Positions 36,201 through 50,823 of a stretch of 64,000 bases of DNA are shown in pieces. Under the pieces are notes generated by a model. It ran no database searches, was not told where the DNA came from, and was given only the letters and a program-made list of their open reading frames with translations. The number at the start of each line of letters is the position of its first letter. Within the stretch, counting starts at the first letter, position 1. A program made the translations under genes and the position numbers. The stretch is taken from positions 442,868 through 506,867 of the forward strand of contig JAAOMT010000697.1 of NCBI GenBank assembly GCA_016748015.1, read 5' to 3'. The DNA is from Geosiphon pyriformis uo1 (lineage: Eukaryota > Fungi > Glomeromycota).

Positions 36201-39200
36201 GCAAAAATATTAACTTATTGGTTTAAAAAAACTTTGAATTATATTTGCTAAAGAGTACTTAAATTTTCTAAGTTGAGTTTATTAATTTTTTTGTAGTAAA
36301 TAGATAGCTTTTTTTTAGCATGTTTTATACTTAAGATATAATATTACAGAATAAAAACAGTTGGATAAAGTCAAAAATAAATTGCAGCTTTTTAAGATTT
36401 TAAATGTTTGTGATAATAAAACCAATAAAATTTTTTTTTAAAATTTCAATAATATTTTTCATAAAATTGTAGATAAGAATTTTGAATACTTTATTCTACT
36501 TTTATTATGTATTGTTAATATAATAAGATTAAAATTATTATATTAGTATAGATAAGTTTTACTTTGTAATTGGTGTTTTTCATAAAATTAATTTGTAATT
36601 TTTTTTTTCTACTAAATTTAAATCTTTGGATTTTTTGAGCAATAAGACTTGATTTTTTTTGTATTGTTATAAGAATTAGTTAAAATTTTTTTAAAAAAGA
36701 TAAAAAATAGCTTGTGTAATTTTTTTTGGAATTTAATTATATAGAATTTATTGAAATTGTTTTAAAGCATTACAATTATATTTTTTTTAATATTAATTTT
36801 TTTGTTTGCAAGACTAAATTAAAATACAATTTGGATTATAGTATTAATAAAAATTTTTAAAGCTAATTTATGATCTATTTTTATAAAAAACTGGAGTATT
36901 ATAACTACAGAAAATTGTATAAAATACCTTAAATTGAATTTAGCATTATTTTAGTTTTAATTTCTTAGAAAAATTAAGATAGATAAAATACTGTTTTATT
37001 TCAGTAGTCATTGTTACTTATAGAAATTAAGAATTATAATAATAGATAAAATAGCCAATCAGAAATAGGTGTAGTAAAATAAAAAATTCTGGAATTTTCT
37101 TGAGAAATTGCAAAATTTCCAGAAATCTTGTATAACATAAATTATATATATATAATAAGAATAGTAAAAACAGAAAAAAGTAATTCCAAGAAAATTTAAT
37201 AAAGTTCAAGATTCTAAGATCTTTTTTTCAAAAGATAGTTTTCTATAACTTGAAATAGAAATACATTAATATCAATAAAATATATAATTATTATCCAATT
37301 TATGCTATTGTTGCTTGATTAAGAATATTAATCACTTTTACTGTTATACTTAGAAAAGAGAAAAATAATACATAATCAAAAAAGAGAAAAACACATGATT
37401 ATAAATTAGCCAATTAGAATAGAAAAAGAGAAAAAAGGATTTTTCAGAAAATCCAAGATATTTCAGAAAAGTTGAGAATTTTTCAGAAAATCCTGGATGT
37501 TTCAAGAAATCAAAGATTTTGTAAAAAATCTAGCAAAAAAAAAAATTTCTTGTGTAAAGAGAATTATGTATATATAGCAGTAGTATTAGAAGCTAGAAAA
37601 TAAGGCAATTAGACTCAGAGTTAATAGAACTTTTAAAGTTAATTAGACTCACAGGTTATAATTATTAAATACTTCTCTTTTCAAGAATAGTTGCTATCAA
37701 CTAAAATAAAATTATATCAATAAAATATCCCTTCAATTCTTCAAATCTATGTTATTATTTATTATTTAATCTGCTGGCACAATAGCTCTTGATTATGACT
37801 ATTGACAAAACACTTATTTTTTATTTTATTTTCTTTATTTTTTTATTTTTTTTTATTTTTTTTATTTTTTTTTATTTTGTTGTTTACTAAATTGATTAAA
37901 CAGATTAGGTACTAAGTTACTGACATCAGAATATAGCATTGGTAAAAGACCCAAAAATAAGAATAGACACTCAAATTTGAGGATAGCTTATTAAGAGATT
38001 GCTGGCCACTATGCTGAGAAAAAAATTGATGAAATTGTAATTCTAAGAAGTAATAAACAAAACAAGCACACCAATTTGAGAGTTGAGAAAACACTAGAAA
38101 TCTCACCAAAGGATACATTTACTAAATCTCTGTTCATTATACAAAAGACTCAACCAAAACCTTCAGATCACCAAAACTTTTAGATAACTAAAACCTTCAG
38201 ATATAAAAATCTTCAGAAACCAAAATTTTCAGAAATTACCAACAACATCAAGCAAATTAAACACCAAGTTATAGGTTTGTTATTTGATTTGAAATTCCAA
38301 ATAATCATCTGTAACACCACACTATTAACACTCTATGTTAATAAAATCTAACATTTAATTATATTGGACTAATAGTTCTTAATTATGACTATTAATAGAA
38401 TATTATTTTCTTATTTTCTTTTCTTATTTTTTTTATTCTTCAGTATTTTTTTTTATTTTGTTTCTTTGTTGTTTACTAATTAATTAAAGAAATTAAACAT
38501 TAAGTAATTTGACATTAAAGATAATTTAATAAAAAACCTAGGAATAAGAGTAAAAATTTAAAGATAGCTTATTAGAAAAACACAACTGCCAAAATAAATC
38601 AGCCATTACACTGAAAAAAAAAATTCACAGAAGAAATTATTAATTAAATTTCTGTCCATTATACAAAAAACTCAATTAAAATCTTTAAATTCCAAAATTT
38701 TCAGATATTACTAACATCTTCAGTTATTAAGCACTAAGTTATGAGTTTGTTATTTCTTTTAACATTCCAAATAATTATCTATAACATTATATTTAACTTT
38801 TAAAATATTATGTTTTTTGTTGTTAATACATACTTTTTTTTGAGTTCTTTAAGTTTAAAAATGAAGTAGAGTGTTTATAGAGGTAAATTAAACAAGAAAT
38901 TATATTTATTACAATATTAAAAATAATATAAAATTAAATAATAATTATATAATTTGGTATTGAAATTAATTAGTTTTTGTTTTTGTTTTTTTTGTATAAA
39001 AACAAGCTTTTAGTAATGTTTTTAGAACACTTTAAAATTGTTAATAAACAAGTTATCTATTTTTTTAATTATTACTGGATTATTTTTAATAATATATATT
39101 TTTATAACAGTAGTTTTTTCCTATTTTATTGTGACTATTTTTTAGATTTATTTTTATTATAAAAATATAAGTCTAGTTAATTGATTGTTTATAAACAGCA

Positions 39201-42200
39201 TTGAAAGAAGTTTTTTATAAGTTTAATTATTGATAAAAATAATATATTAATAAAATTTATTATATGTTTTTTTTATTAAAAAATATTATTTTATAGTTTT
39301 TTATCTGGTAAAATTTTGTCATATGTAAGACATAATATGTTGTTTTATTTATCTTGTTATTTTAATTACTTAAATTGTTTTAATACACAAAAATGACAAT
39401 AATATTTGGTAATAGTTAACTATACTTTATTGTTTCTTACATATATATTTATTGAAAATAATTTTTTTTCATAATTAACACAAATTAATTTTAAAAGTTA
39501 ATATGATTAATTTTTTTAATTTAGAAATAAATAGACTAAAATTAATACTGGTGGCTCTTTATTAGCTTTTTTTTTATCTTTTTTTTATATAAGTGGTAGT
39601 AATAGCTTTATTTTAAAATTGTTAGTTCAAAAAACTTAATAAGTTTTTAAGATTAATTATAAGATGGTTTTTTTGAATTTTATTAGTAATTGTTTTAAAA
39701 CTGCTGTTTAAAATAGTTATATATGGCTGGTATTCTGATATATTGTTTATTAAAGATAATTTGAAGTTTTTATATGTTTTAGTTAAACATAATATTGGTT
39801 TAGTTAGCTATTATTTCTTATAAAACTTGATACTAGATGGTTTCTATAACAAAAACTTTTATAGAAATCTTAATTTTATTGATTTTAAAAAAAAAATAAT
39901 TAATCTGTTTTATTAATGTTTTGATATTTTTATTTGCAGTAATTATTCTAAAAATATTAATATAATCTATTTGGTAACTTAATTAATTATAAATTGTTTT
40001 ATAATTATGTTATTAACTAATTTATTGTTAAATATTAACTTAATATTTATTGGTTTTATTTTAATATTTGTGTAAATTGTTGTAATTGATCTATCCTAAT
40101 TAATAATAGCTTTATTAAAAAAATTAGAAGTGTTTAAAGTATTAATATTAAATAGAAATATTAACTGCAAAAGTTTTATTTTCAATAATAGTAACTTGAA
40201 AAATTATTTTAGTGATGGCCATTATTATCCAATAGAAATTAACAAAAATCAAAAATAATAATATTATAATATATTAATCAATTATTAAATAATAGTATAA
40301 ATAATACAGATTAATAAATAAAATTAAAAAACATAATATGTACACAATAGTATACAAAATATATACAAATATATCTAATTTAATGTAATTATAAACAAAT
40401 AAGCCAAGAGGTATTTACAGTTAAATAGAAGACTTAATAGCTTAACAATTACTTATTAATTAGTTAGAATAAGCACAATTATATATAACTTAAAATATGT
40501 ATATATACAATAGCTTTTTAATTAAAAAAAAACAGACAGAGAAAAAATAATAAAAAACAAAAAGAAGTTAATTAAACAAAAAAATGAAAATGAATAAAAA
40601 GTGAAAAAATTAGATTATAATTCTAAAAAAAGCTGAAAAATATGTCTTTTAAACTTTGTATTATAATATTTATTAATACTAAAATCAATAAAATTAAAAA
40701 TTTTCCTCCTTTATAATTTGGTCTCTTATAAATAATTTAAAAAGCCACTACTTTTTTCTATTATTATCTTTTTATTGATAAAAACAACAGTAGAAATATT
40801 TAATATATCAATAAAAACATGAACAAAATTCAAGCTTAACAAAATTAAAAACATATTAAAAAGATATTAATTACATAAAATCACCTAAAAATTACTTGTA
40901 ATAATATCTTGATCAAAATTAACAGTTAACTTAAAAATTTAGAATAAGCTTTCCATATTTTTGGAAAATAATCTTTGATCAAAATTATTTTATAAATACT
41001 AATTTTTTTGAATTCTATTTTTATTTTTTAATCTTCTTAAATTTATTAAAAATAGGATACTACTTTATTATAAGCAAAAAATACAGACATTTGATATCAG
41101 TATAAAATAAAAAAAGTATCTTTGTGGGAGTCTCAAAGAAAGACACAATTAGAAGTATAGAAATATAATAAGAATTCTCCTTAGAAAACTAGCATAACAG
41201 TAATTACTAACAACAATTTTAATAGAAACATTATATTACACACCAAATTTAATAACAAAGATACTTATTAGAGAAAATTATTTAATATCTGTTATAAAGT
41301 TAGAAAAAACTTATCAAGTTAATCTTCAAATTCTTAAATAAGAAAAATAATAATAATTTATTAAATGAGAATTTAACATAAATTAAAATCAATGTTAATT
41401 GAGACTAATATATTTATTTTTATATCAAAATTATATAATTTTTTATATTATTACTTGATCTAAAAAGCCATAGAAATTAATTATAATATAACCACTAAGA
41501 AAAAAATAATTCATAATATTATGTTGTTAAAAAAAAATTGGTAATATTAATTATATCTTTTTTTTTAAAAATATAATATTATCAAAATTCTAAGTTTTGA
41601 TAAGATCAAGATATAAAGCTTGATTGAAATATTTTGCTAATAGTGCTTGTAATAGTAGGCAGTTTTAAGTTTTAAAATAGTTTAAAAGTTAACTGTATTA
41701 AATTTTTAGCCATATTTCTTTATCTTTAATTATAGTTAATAACTTAAAACCTAAAGTTATTATATTGTAGAACCTAATAGTATGGCTAAAATAAGACTGC
41801 AATTTGAGAATTTGAATAGTAATGAGATAATTGTAATGCATATTACAGCTGCTAATACTAAAATAAAAAATATTAGCTTCTAATTAATTAGAGATATTAT
41901 GGTTGTTAGTATCAATTCTTTTAATTTTGGTTAAATATTTTTTATAACAGTTTTACACAATATGTTTAGGTTTTTAACAGTAGTAATAATTACAAAAATC
42001 TTGTTTTCAGAGTTGTTATTATTATTGGTGTTTTTGCTATTATTGGTATTTTGAATTGCTAATATTTTGTCTATATTATAGTAATTAATAAGTTTTTAAA
42101 CTTTTGGCAAAAAATTCTTTAATTTTTTGAATTAATTTTTTACTTAATTAAATAAGTTTTACATTATGTTTGAGATTTTATTTATAGTTAAATTGATAAT

Positions 42201-43680
42201 TTGAGTGTGAATTGCTTTTTATTCTGCTAATTTAAAATTATAAGCAAATATTACTGTCTTTTATAAGTTGTTAAGATCTTAAGATCTAATAAATTAAAAA
42301 TTTCTGTTTCTTAATTTTTTAATAAACTAATTTAGGATTTGGTCAAAAATATAATAGTTCTGTTTAATAGCTTAAATTTAACAAAAAATTTGATTAAATC
42401 AGCCAAAATAAAGTAATTGCTTTATAGTCTTTTATTTTATAACACTAAATTGATTTTGTAGTTAAATTAAAGTATTAAAGTTACAAAAATACTATAAAAA
42501 AGCAAGTTTAAAGATGATAAAGTCAGTTAGCTTTTAATTAAAAAAGTCTGTAGTTTTAATCAAAAAAAATAGAGCTTAAATTATTCTAGTCTTGTTTTAG
42601 TTGTTGGCTATAATTGTTTTTTTGGCTTTATAATCTATATATATGTATTTTTTTTTACCAAAAAAATTTTTCAGTCTAGCAATATTTCTATAAGTTATGA
42701 TTAAAATAATAAAAAGTTGTTTATTTGTTAATAAAAATGATATTAAAAAAAATATGTTTAGTTGTTTATTTGAAATTGTAACTAGTTGTTTTTCTTTGTT
42801 GGTTGCTATAATAAATTGAAATAGTAATATTCTTCTTAAAAGAGTAGTTGTTAATTCAGTTAATGATTTTAATGTTTATTGTTTTCAAAAAAATGTATTT
42901 TAGAAAACAGTATTTGTTGTTAAAATAAGATTTTCAAATAATGTTTTGTATTTTTTTAATAATTTAGTTCAGAAATTTTTATTAAGGTCCTAAAAATAAA
43001 GATTTCTGTAAGTTTTTAAAGTTTTTGGCTGTAAATTGTTTGATTAATTTAATAGAATTCTGTTTTTTGAAATTTAATAATAAGATAATATTGTTAATAA
43101 AAAAAACTTTGACTTTTTGCTTGTTGTAAATTGAAGTTTTTTTGTATAAATAACTGTTAAATATTGCTTTTTGTATCTAATTCAGATTCTTTAAAAAAAA
43201 TTTTGTGTTGTAATTTTTTTTAAGTTGTAAATAACAATTTTACATGTATTTTTCAATTTTTTTGTCAATAAGAAAAAAAGTTTTTATAATTGCTTTTTTA
43301 ATGATTAAAGTTAAGTATAATAACAAGTTTTAATAAATTTGTTTTCTGAATTTTCTAGTATTTGCTATTTTACTTAGATAATAATTAACTTTGGTATGTA
43401 TATAGTAAAAACAATTATTTTTAACTGTAATTGTTTTTTCTGAGATTTTTAAGTCTTCTTAAAAATATTAGTATAATGTTTTTTAAAAAATAAGTAATTT
43501 TTTTAACTGTTTTAATAATTACTATTTTGTGAGTTTTTTGGGTACTTTGTTTTTGTAGATTTTTTAACTTTACAGAAAGCACCAAATATTATAAGTAAAC
43601 TTAGTGAAATAGTATTATAACTTTTGGTGCTTGTAATTTGATAATAGAAGCCAATTAAGTATTGTTATTAGTAAAATTTT
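33293..43680 (-). mobile_element. Second, highly eroded Gypsy element: 3' LTR 33293-34271, IN/RH/RT/gag relics, PBS ~43569-43584, 5' LTR starting 43587 (truncated)
   Basis: 35090-35220 translates to FDPK*NRLFYIHKILSNKAYKL*LENKILKKTIHKNCLKLYY, matching the integrase C-terminus of the younger Gypsy. 43587-43670 is a direct repeat of 33293-33380 and is preceded by ..GAAAGCACCA-AA (PBS complement). Confidence 0.72.
37012..38316 (+). mobile_element. Solo LTR (third family) nested in an older related LTR that ends at 38786
   Basis: TGTTA...TAACA termini with flanks TCAT/CCAC (the same 4-mer after two C->T changes). ~37770-38316 is repeated in diverged form at ~38360-38786, which also ends in TAACA. 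Confidence 0.6.
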
Positions 43681-44459
43681 AGCTATTAATTAACATGAAA
43701 TTATTCTTTTAATTTTTATTATTAATTAGCATATATTATTATTATTTTAATTATTACTTATTAGTTAATCAAATTATTAAATATTATTATCCAATGAATA
43801 ATCCAATTTGTATAATACACAATTATAATAATCAAATTATACAATACTCCAAATTTTGTAATATTTAAGAATTTGTTGAAATTTGTAAAAATACATAAAG
43901 TATCTTAATAGTTTACCAAAATTATTTATAGTTCATAGAAACAACTTATAGTTTGTTAAAATATATCTTTAATTTGTCAAAATTAAAACAAAAAAAATTC
44001 AAGTTTATAGACTAGTACTATAACAAGTTGTATAAAAAAAAAGCTTTTTTTTTAAAAAAATGTATCTTATTTTAGATTTATTCTTATTAGTATAATTCAA
44101 AAATAAAATATACTTTAAAAACCAATTTTTTAATATTTATACTTAATATTTCTTAAAAATCCAAACTAATATTTTGAAATTGATTAGCTACTAATTTTAG
44201 TAAACCATTAGTGATTCTAAATCTGAACCAAAAACAATTTTCTTAATAAAATTTTATTTTTTATTATTTTTCTTATTAGAATTATTAAAGTAACTTATAA
44301 ACAAAATTCTTGTAAAAAAGTTAACTTTTACAACAAAGTAATTACATATTTTAATAAGTTTTTAGATAAGCAATTTCTAAAAAAAAGTTGAATTTTATTA
44401 TAAAGTAACTATATAGACAAATGGTTCAGTTATTTTGAATAATACTTAGCATTTTATCT

Positions 44460-45388
44460 ATAATATATATCAGATAGTTAATTATGTTTAATAGAAAATA
44501 GATTCAGATTTAGGGATTTTGCGGAATTTTTTTATTTAGTCTATTAATTGGCATTATATTAATATAGCATCCTGATTTTTATATGCTTTCTGATTATACT
44601 ACCAGATTTTTAGCTGCTTTTTACACATATTTAATGAAATCAATCCATAAAAAATTGCCAACTGCAGTTAAAAAAAAACTTTATAATAAGAAGTACTTAG
44701 GTGTATTGTGTTTGTTCTGTGATAATATCAAATTGTCTAATTATGTCTTTACTTGTTCAAAAAACACTTTAGTGCACTTTGAAATTTTGTTAGATTACTT
44801 TGTATTATAAGTATTTTTGATGAGATCTTGTTTTCTATTAATTTCTTTAATATTGCATATTCTTTTGTTAAGAGTATTAAATATTAATATTTATAAGATC
44901 TTATATAAAAGATTTGTTTTTAGAAACTGGGTTAGCAAAACTGTTTTTAGATTCAAAAATAAGAAAAAAACTATAGTAGTGATAACTAATTTTGTCTGGT
45001 ATTTGGCTAATATATATTATATTAGATTATAAAATTTTAAGTCAAAGTACAAAATTAATATTAAAAAAAGTAGTTTGGTGAAAGACACAAAAATTTTGCT
45101 TAAAATATGTGGTGGTCCATTTAAATTTTTTTCAACAAAAATAACTTGTCTGCTTAGAATTATTGAATCTTTTGTTATTAGTTTTAGATTATGCAAGACT
45201 TGTTTTTTTTTTAAGTTTGAATAATGATTTAAGGGTTAATATAAATATATAATATAGTCTTAATTAGTTTAAATAAGTAGTTATATATAGTAAGCACATA
45301 AGTCATATTTAATTTGATGTACTTAATTTGTTTCTGTATATTAAATAATGATTAAATTGTATTTGTAAAACAAATAAAAAAAAAAAAA
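44460..45388 (+). mobile_element. 5'-truncated eroded LINE 3' end with poly(A)
   Basis: YTYLMKSIHKKLPTAVKKKLYNKKYLGVLCLFCDNIKLSNYVFTC, an eroded 3' hairpin at 45261-45283 and an A tract at ~45376-45387. Confidence 0.8.
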
Positions 45389-46158
45389 TTTTTTTTTTTA
45401 ATTTAAAGTTTTTTTTTTACAAATATATTTAATATAAAACTAAATTAAATTTTTAACTAATAATAGATTATAAAATTATTAAAACCAAATATAAAAATTG
45501 TATATTAGAAATAATTTTTTTTAAAATTATGTTAAATTATTTTTGTATTAAAATATTTTTTTTTAAATTAAGATTAAATAATTTTTTAATTTATAAAAAT
45601 ATGTTTAAATATAAATAAGTTTTATTAATTTTATAAATAAAACAAAAAATTTATTTATATTTAAAATAATATTTTTAATCTTAAAATTAATTAAAATAAT
45701 TATTATTTTTATTGTATTTATAAAAATATTATTAATTTTAAAAAATCTATTAATTATATTTAAAATACTTTGTATAATTATATAATTATTTTTAATTTAT
45801 TTATAATTACTATAAATAAAAAGTTACATTAATTTTGATTTTAATTCTGCCAATTATGATTATAAACAATTAAATTTACTTAATATTTAAATAAAGTTTT
45901 ATTTTTTTTTATTTTACATAAAAAAAAAATTATAAAAAATTTTCTAAAAAAAAAAATACTTTATTTTGGTTTAAATTATTAAGATTTTGTATTTTTTTAA
46001 TAATTTAAAATTTATTAAAAATTTTTTTTTTTTTTATTCATTTTAATGAATGAAATCCAAATACTGCCTAGTTTTATACATTAAAGAAATAATCTATACT
46101 AAGTATAAATCATGCTTTTTCTATATGTGACCAGCCACTTAGGCTGATCAGAACAACA

Positions 46159-49100
46159 CTATGCAGCTATATAAACTGAAACTGAATCACCTACTCTAGA
46201 AAAAAACAAATAAGATTTGTAAAAGCCAAAATATATGCCAAAAGCTTTAGCTATGCCAAGCAATTTAACCACACCAGCAGAAAACCCTGAAGCCAAACCA
46301 GAGACTGACATGAGAGTGGAACTATTTAAAGAAATCAAGCTATTTTTCTCCATATATGCATAATGTTTAGCACAAACTAACCAAATATCATCTCTAAAAG
46401 CAAGACTAAGGAAGCACACAAATTTAACAACCTTTTAACAAGCAATCTTGAGATCACAGAAAATGGAAACAGCCTTGCAAAAAAACCATTAAGAACACAA
46501 CCCTTAAAAAGAGCCATTGACAAAAAAGAATCAGAAATACAGATTGACAGCAACCGAAGCACACTCAAAAAAAAATAGAAGAGACCCGAAAGTAACTTCC
46601 AAGAACTCACATGGAATTCCAGTAACTAATGCCAAGCAGGCTCATTAACTCTACAGAAAAACACATGATCTGACATTTTTACCTTACTACAGTACAGACA
46701 CAATACACTGAGATAATGTTTATTATAGAGGCACTTACGAATGACCACTGGCAACTGATAATGCAAAGCTTTCATGAAATAAGTGCATGTATTAGCCAAT
46801 GCTTTGCTGATATAACCAGTGGCCATGTGCAAATCAGGATGTCATACAAACAAAGAACAGTGCCAATCAACCTCAGAAAGCAAACCACAAGCCAAAAACT
46901 TTGAACCAGAGCCAAACTCTTAATGCACACGACAAACAGAATAATAAACATCATGAACAAAATGTCTAGAATTGTTAGAAATAATATTGCTATTGGCCAT
47001 CAAAAAACATTCACTCAGATAAGGAAGAAGAAACCAGCCAGAAATAGAAGTGTTACCAGTAATTGCATCAGTATGCTCATTTTCCAAGATGTTAGAGTGA
47101 TCTTTTACCTTGTGCCAACTAATCAAATTTTTATTGTAAATGACATTAACAATATACTAATGTTCAATCCAGTACTGATTACAAAAATTGGGACACACCA
47201 AATCCAATTCTGACTTGCAAGCATCCAAAGCAGATTGACTATCTAAAAACAAGTGAACAGAACTAGACAAAGGAACACACTTTAGAGCCAATGCAATAGC
47301 CTGCATCTCAACCAAAGTAGATGACATTAAACCTGATATGTCAATGCCCAAACCCAAATCAATGTCTTTGAAAAAAACAACAGCACCAGCCCTGCAGCCA
47401 ACTGTACTTAAACCTCTTAAAGACCCATCTGTATATACAAATAAACTATTGGTACTTACCCAAAACAGACAATTACATACAGATACAAAACTGCTTGAGT
47501 TAAGAATATTTATGGAACCAATACTACTCAATGCTAAAGGAAGATTCAAGAACAAATCCATATTATTGAGAAATGCAGAGGAAAGTTTGAACCACTCAGG
47601 AACAGGGCCATGAGGGTCCAGCTTTTTTTACCACTTAAATATGTACCAATTATAGACATTACCATGATGATCACAAAGCTAATTCACAAAAGCAATGCCA
47701 TACTATTGAAGAAAAGGAAAGAACTTGAAAAACCTTAGCTTGTCAAGAACATCAGACATGGGAATTCTACCATACAAGCAAAAAGGATTGACCAGAGAGC
47801 CACCAATTGACAGATTGCAATCATAAAAAATACAAACCAAGCCTGCTAAAAAATTATTAGAAGCACTAACACAAACACAAACAGGAAAGCTCAATGGATG
47901 AACAGGATGCTAATAAAGAACTTGCAAATCATGAGACCTATGAGAAAACAATTGATCCAGAATTCCACCAGCATTTATAAAGCTAACAAGAGAAGCAATC
48001 TTACTCTCAAATTGAATTTGCACAAAAGATTTCAAACCATAAAAGGAGAGGTGATGAATTGTATCACTAGAAAAGTCAAGAGACAGGCCAGACTTAAGCT
48101 TCAGCCCTTTACAAATCATTGCATCCCATTTATTGTACACACCAACTGGAACAAAACTAAACTGTGTCCTATAACTGATTATAAGATGCAGAACTGCTGA
48201 CACCAAATACAAAAACTGTTTATTTGAGACTGCTTTTCTCAAAACCAAATTGGTGAAAAAGTGGATGTTCAAATGCACTTTAGCCAAACTAGGCTTCAAA
48301 AGACCTTTAGTCAAAAAAAAAATACCCAGATATTAATGAAATTCACACTTTTTAGCAATAGAGATAGATGCACCACTGATAGAGAGAAAAAGAATGCTAA
48401 CTCTCCTATTAATAGGAATGGCTACTGTTTTATTATTATTGATTGAAATATTATTGATCCAAAAGAAATTACTAGCAATATTGAAAATATGTTGAGTAGC
48501 AATTTGACTGTTACCAATCTAAATTGTATCATTAACAAAGGTGCCAGCAGCAAAAAAGAAGGAAAACCCAGTCTGAAATTCAATGCAACCACTTTTGGAA
48601 ACAAAATATGAATTTAGTTTATACTCACATTCACTTTCCTAATGCTTGATTTCACACAACAAAGGATCATAAAATATGTGTCACAGAAGGGGAAAAAAAA
48701 CTTTTCCTTAATCCAAACTATCATGCACACAATAACCATCTGTCAAACCAAAATCTGTCATAACTCTGTTGGTATGATCTTTATGAATATTACCAAAGAA
48801 CTGAATAAATTTGCTGTATATTTTAATCCTGACCAGGCTCTTCTCAAAATGTTTTTAGCCAACAGAATTGTATGCTTTTTGCATGTTTTGTAGAACCAGC
48901 AAAAGCTCTTGGTTCTTTTCCAAAGCATTTTTAATAACTGAACCAATTGCAAAAATGGGAGATTAAGTTGATGTGTTCTTTAAAACCAAAAAATTGTCCC
49001 CACAAAAAACATCAAAAGTGCTGTATGCCAAAAAAATCCTATCAGAGAGAATTTTGAAAAGAATCTTGCAAGCTGTTTCGATCAAAGCAATAGGACAAGT

Positions 49101-50823
49101 ATTCATAAGAACACCTTCTTACTCATATGGTTTAGGAATTATTGAGACCCAAGCCTTCTTTTAAAATTCAGGCACCAACTTACAAGAAAAACAAAAGTTC
49201 AAAAACACCAAAAACATATTCAGAATTGACTTGTTACAATGTTTCTAAAGCTTGTTCATGATACTTGAGAGACCAGCAGCTTTGCTATCAGGCAGATTGG
49301 AAATTACATCAAATAGCTCACTAAACTCAATTAAACACATTATACCAAAAAAGGCTTTATCAAAAACATAATCTAAAGGTTAATATTGATGAGACCAATT
49401 ATTAAAGACATCAACAACCACACCATGCTTCCTGGTTTAACTTTTCATAATAATGTTTACTTTAAATTTAACTGAATCGGGTTCCAAAATAAGCTTATCA
49501 TCAACAACCAGGTGGTTCAGAACCACTTTGCAGAAAAGGTGCTCCAAAACACTCCTGATAGTATAACCTTTATTTGTTTCGAAACTTTCCATCCTCTTCT
49601 CTATAGCAGCTCTGATGTTCATTTTCTTAGCTGCCAGAGATTCAGCCAGCTTGGATACACAATATGACTTCCTTATACTAAAGAAAGTAGAATAAACACA
49701 CTTAGAGTTTGCACCAGAGTTAATAAGATCTTGAACAACTGAGGTTTTTATATGGTCCAAAAAGTCCCAGCACTTTATAAGAGAGACAAAACTAATAACA
49801 TTTCTTTTACAAGATGCCTTGACAATTTTTGAGACCAAAAGCTTCAACTTATGAAACCTCGAAGAAACTTTGGTGAAAACACTATCAAAACTCTTGAACC
49901 ATTTCTTTCTAAATATTTTATTTGCTAAAAGAATTATTATCTTGTGTAAAATGTCCCATATGGCATCTAGCTCTGAAAACTTGACAGCAGTAATGAACTC
50001 ATCAGAAAACATTCTAGTATTGGCCAACATAGCATCTTTAAATTTTTCTCACTTATTGTTATCAGCACCCTTGAAATTAAACTTCCAATGATTCTTATTA
50101 GTCTGCTTATGAAGAGAGTGTAACTAAACATCCAGCAAACCACTCAAACCCACCAACACAGAAATGGCTTGATGATTAGTGTTAAAGTGCTCACTAACAT
50201 CTACAACACTTCATTTTAAAACTGCATTAACCAAATTAAAAGAAACCAATACATAATCAATTGTCTTTTTTGCACTTCTTGAATTTTTCCATGTAAGATT
50301 CTTTACAACCAAACTACCTAGCAGAGAATTGACCAGCTCCAGATTGAGCCACTTTTTAAAACTAGCACATTTATGCAAACTGTTTTCATTGAAATCCCCA
50401 CCAAGAATAATAAAAGAAGATTTATTTACAGCTTTTGCAATGAAAGAGTTGATTTTACCAGTTTGAGAGAACCAAACCACTGAAGAAGCACTAATGTAGA
50501 GCCCCAAAATTGACATGGAAAGTTTATTCTTGAAGAGCAGCTTAATTGACAGAAGCCAACCAGATACCTCAGAAACTTTGCTTATATGTTATACCAAAAA
50601 AATGTTCATGATAATTACCAGAATCTAAACCAGACATAAAAATCTAAATGCCACTAAATTTATTTATGATTCATGGACGGATCTTATCTTTCAACTTAGT
50701 TTCAATAACAATAGAGATCAAATTGTTCATATTCTTATGCCAATAAATAATATTATTTTGTTTCACAGGATTGTTTATTCCCTTAATGTTGCAGATGGCA
50801 ACTTTTTAAACTAAATCACTTAT
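46159..50823 (-). pseudogene. LINE ORF2 (APE-RT-RNase H-Zn knuckle), many stops
   Basis: ILGGDFNE, TW..TIDY, KAAGLSSI, PIALI, VYTDGSL, EMQAIALAL, LDSQ, WHKVKDHS, CLYCSKVKMSDHVFFC. Confidence 0.9.

Noticed and set aside
31355-39162. Short F/L/I/Y-rich ORFs (31355, 37027, 37912, 38977; also 57952)
   Set aside because: Compositional by-products of AT-rich DNA with no recognisable motifs.
40140-41560. A-rich plus-strand block inside the old Gypsy, possibly another nested element
   Set aside because: Too eroded to define termini or coding motifs.
33292-44540. Idea that LINE fragments 31576-33292 and 44460-45388 are one element split by the old Gypsy
   Set aside because: Both appear to contain the same W.(V/I).SG..(V/I)L segment, so they overlap in consensus coordinates and are separate copies.
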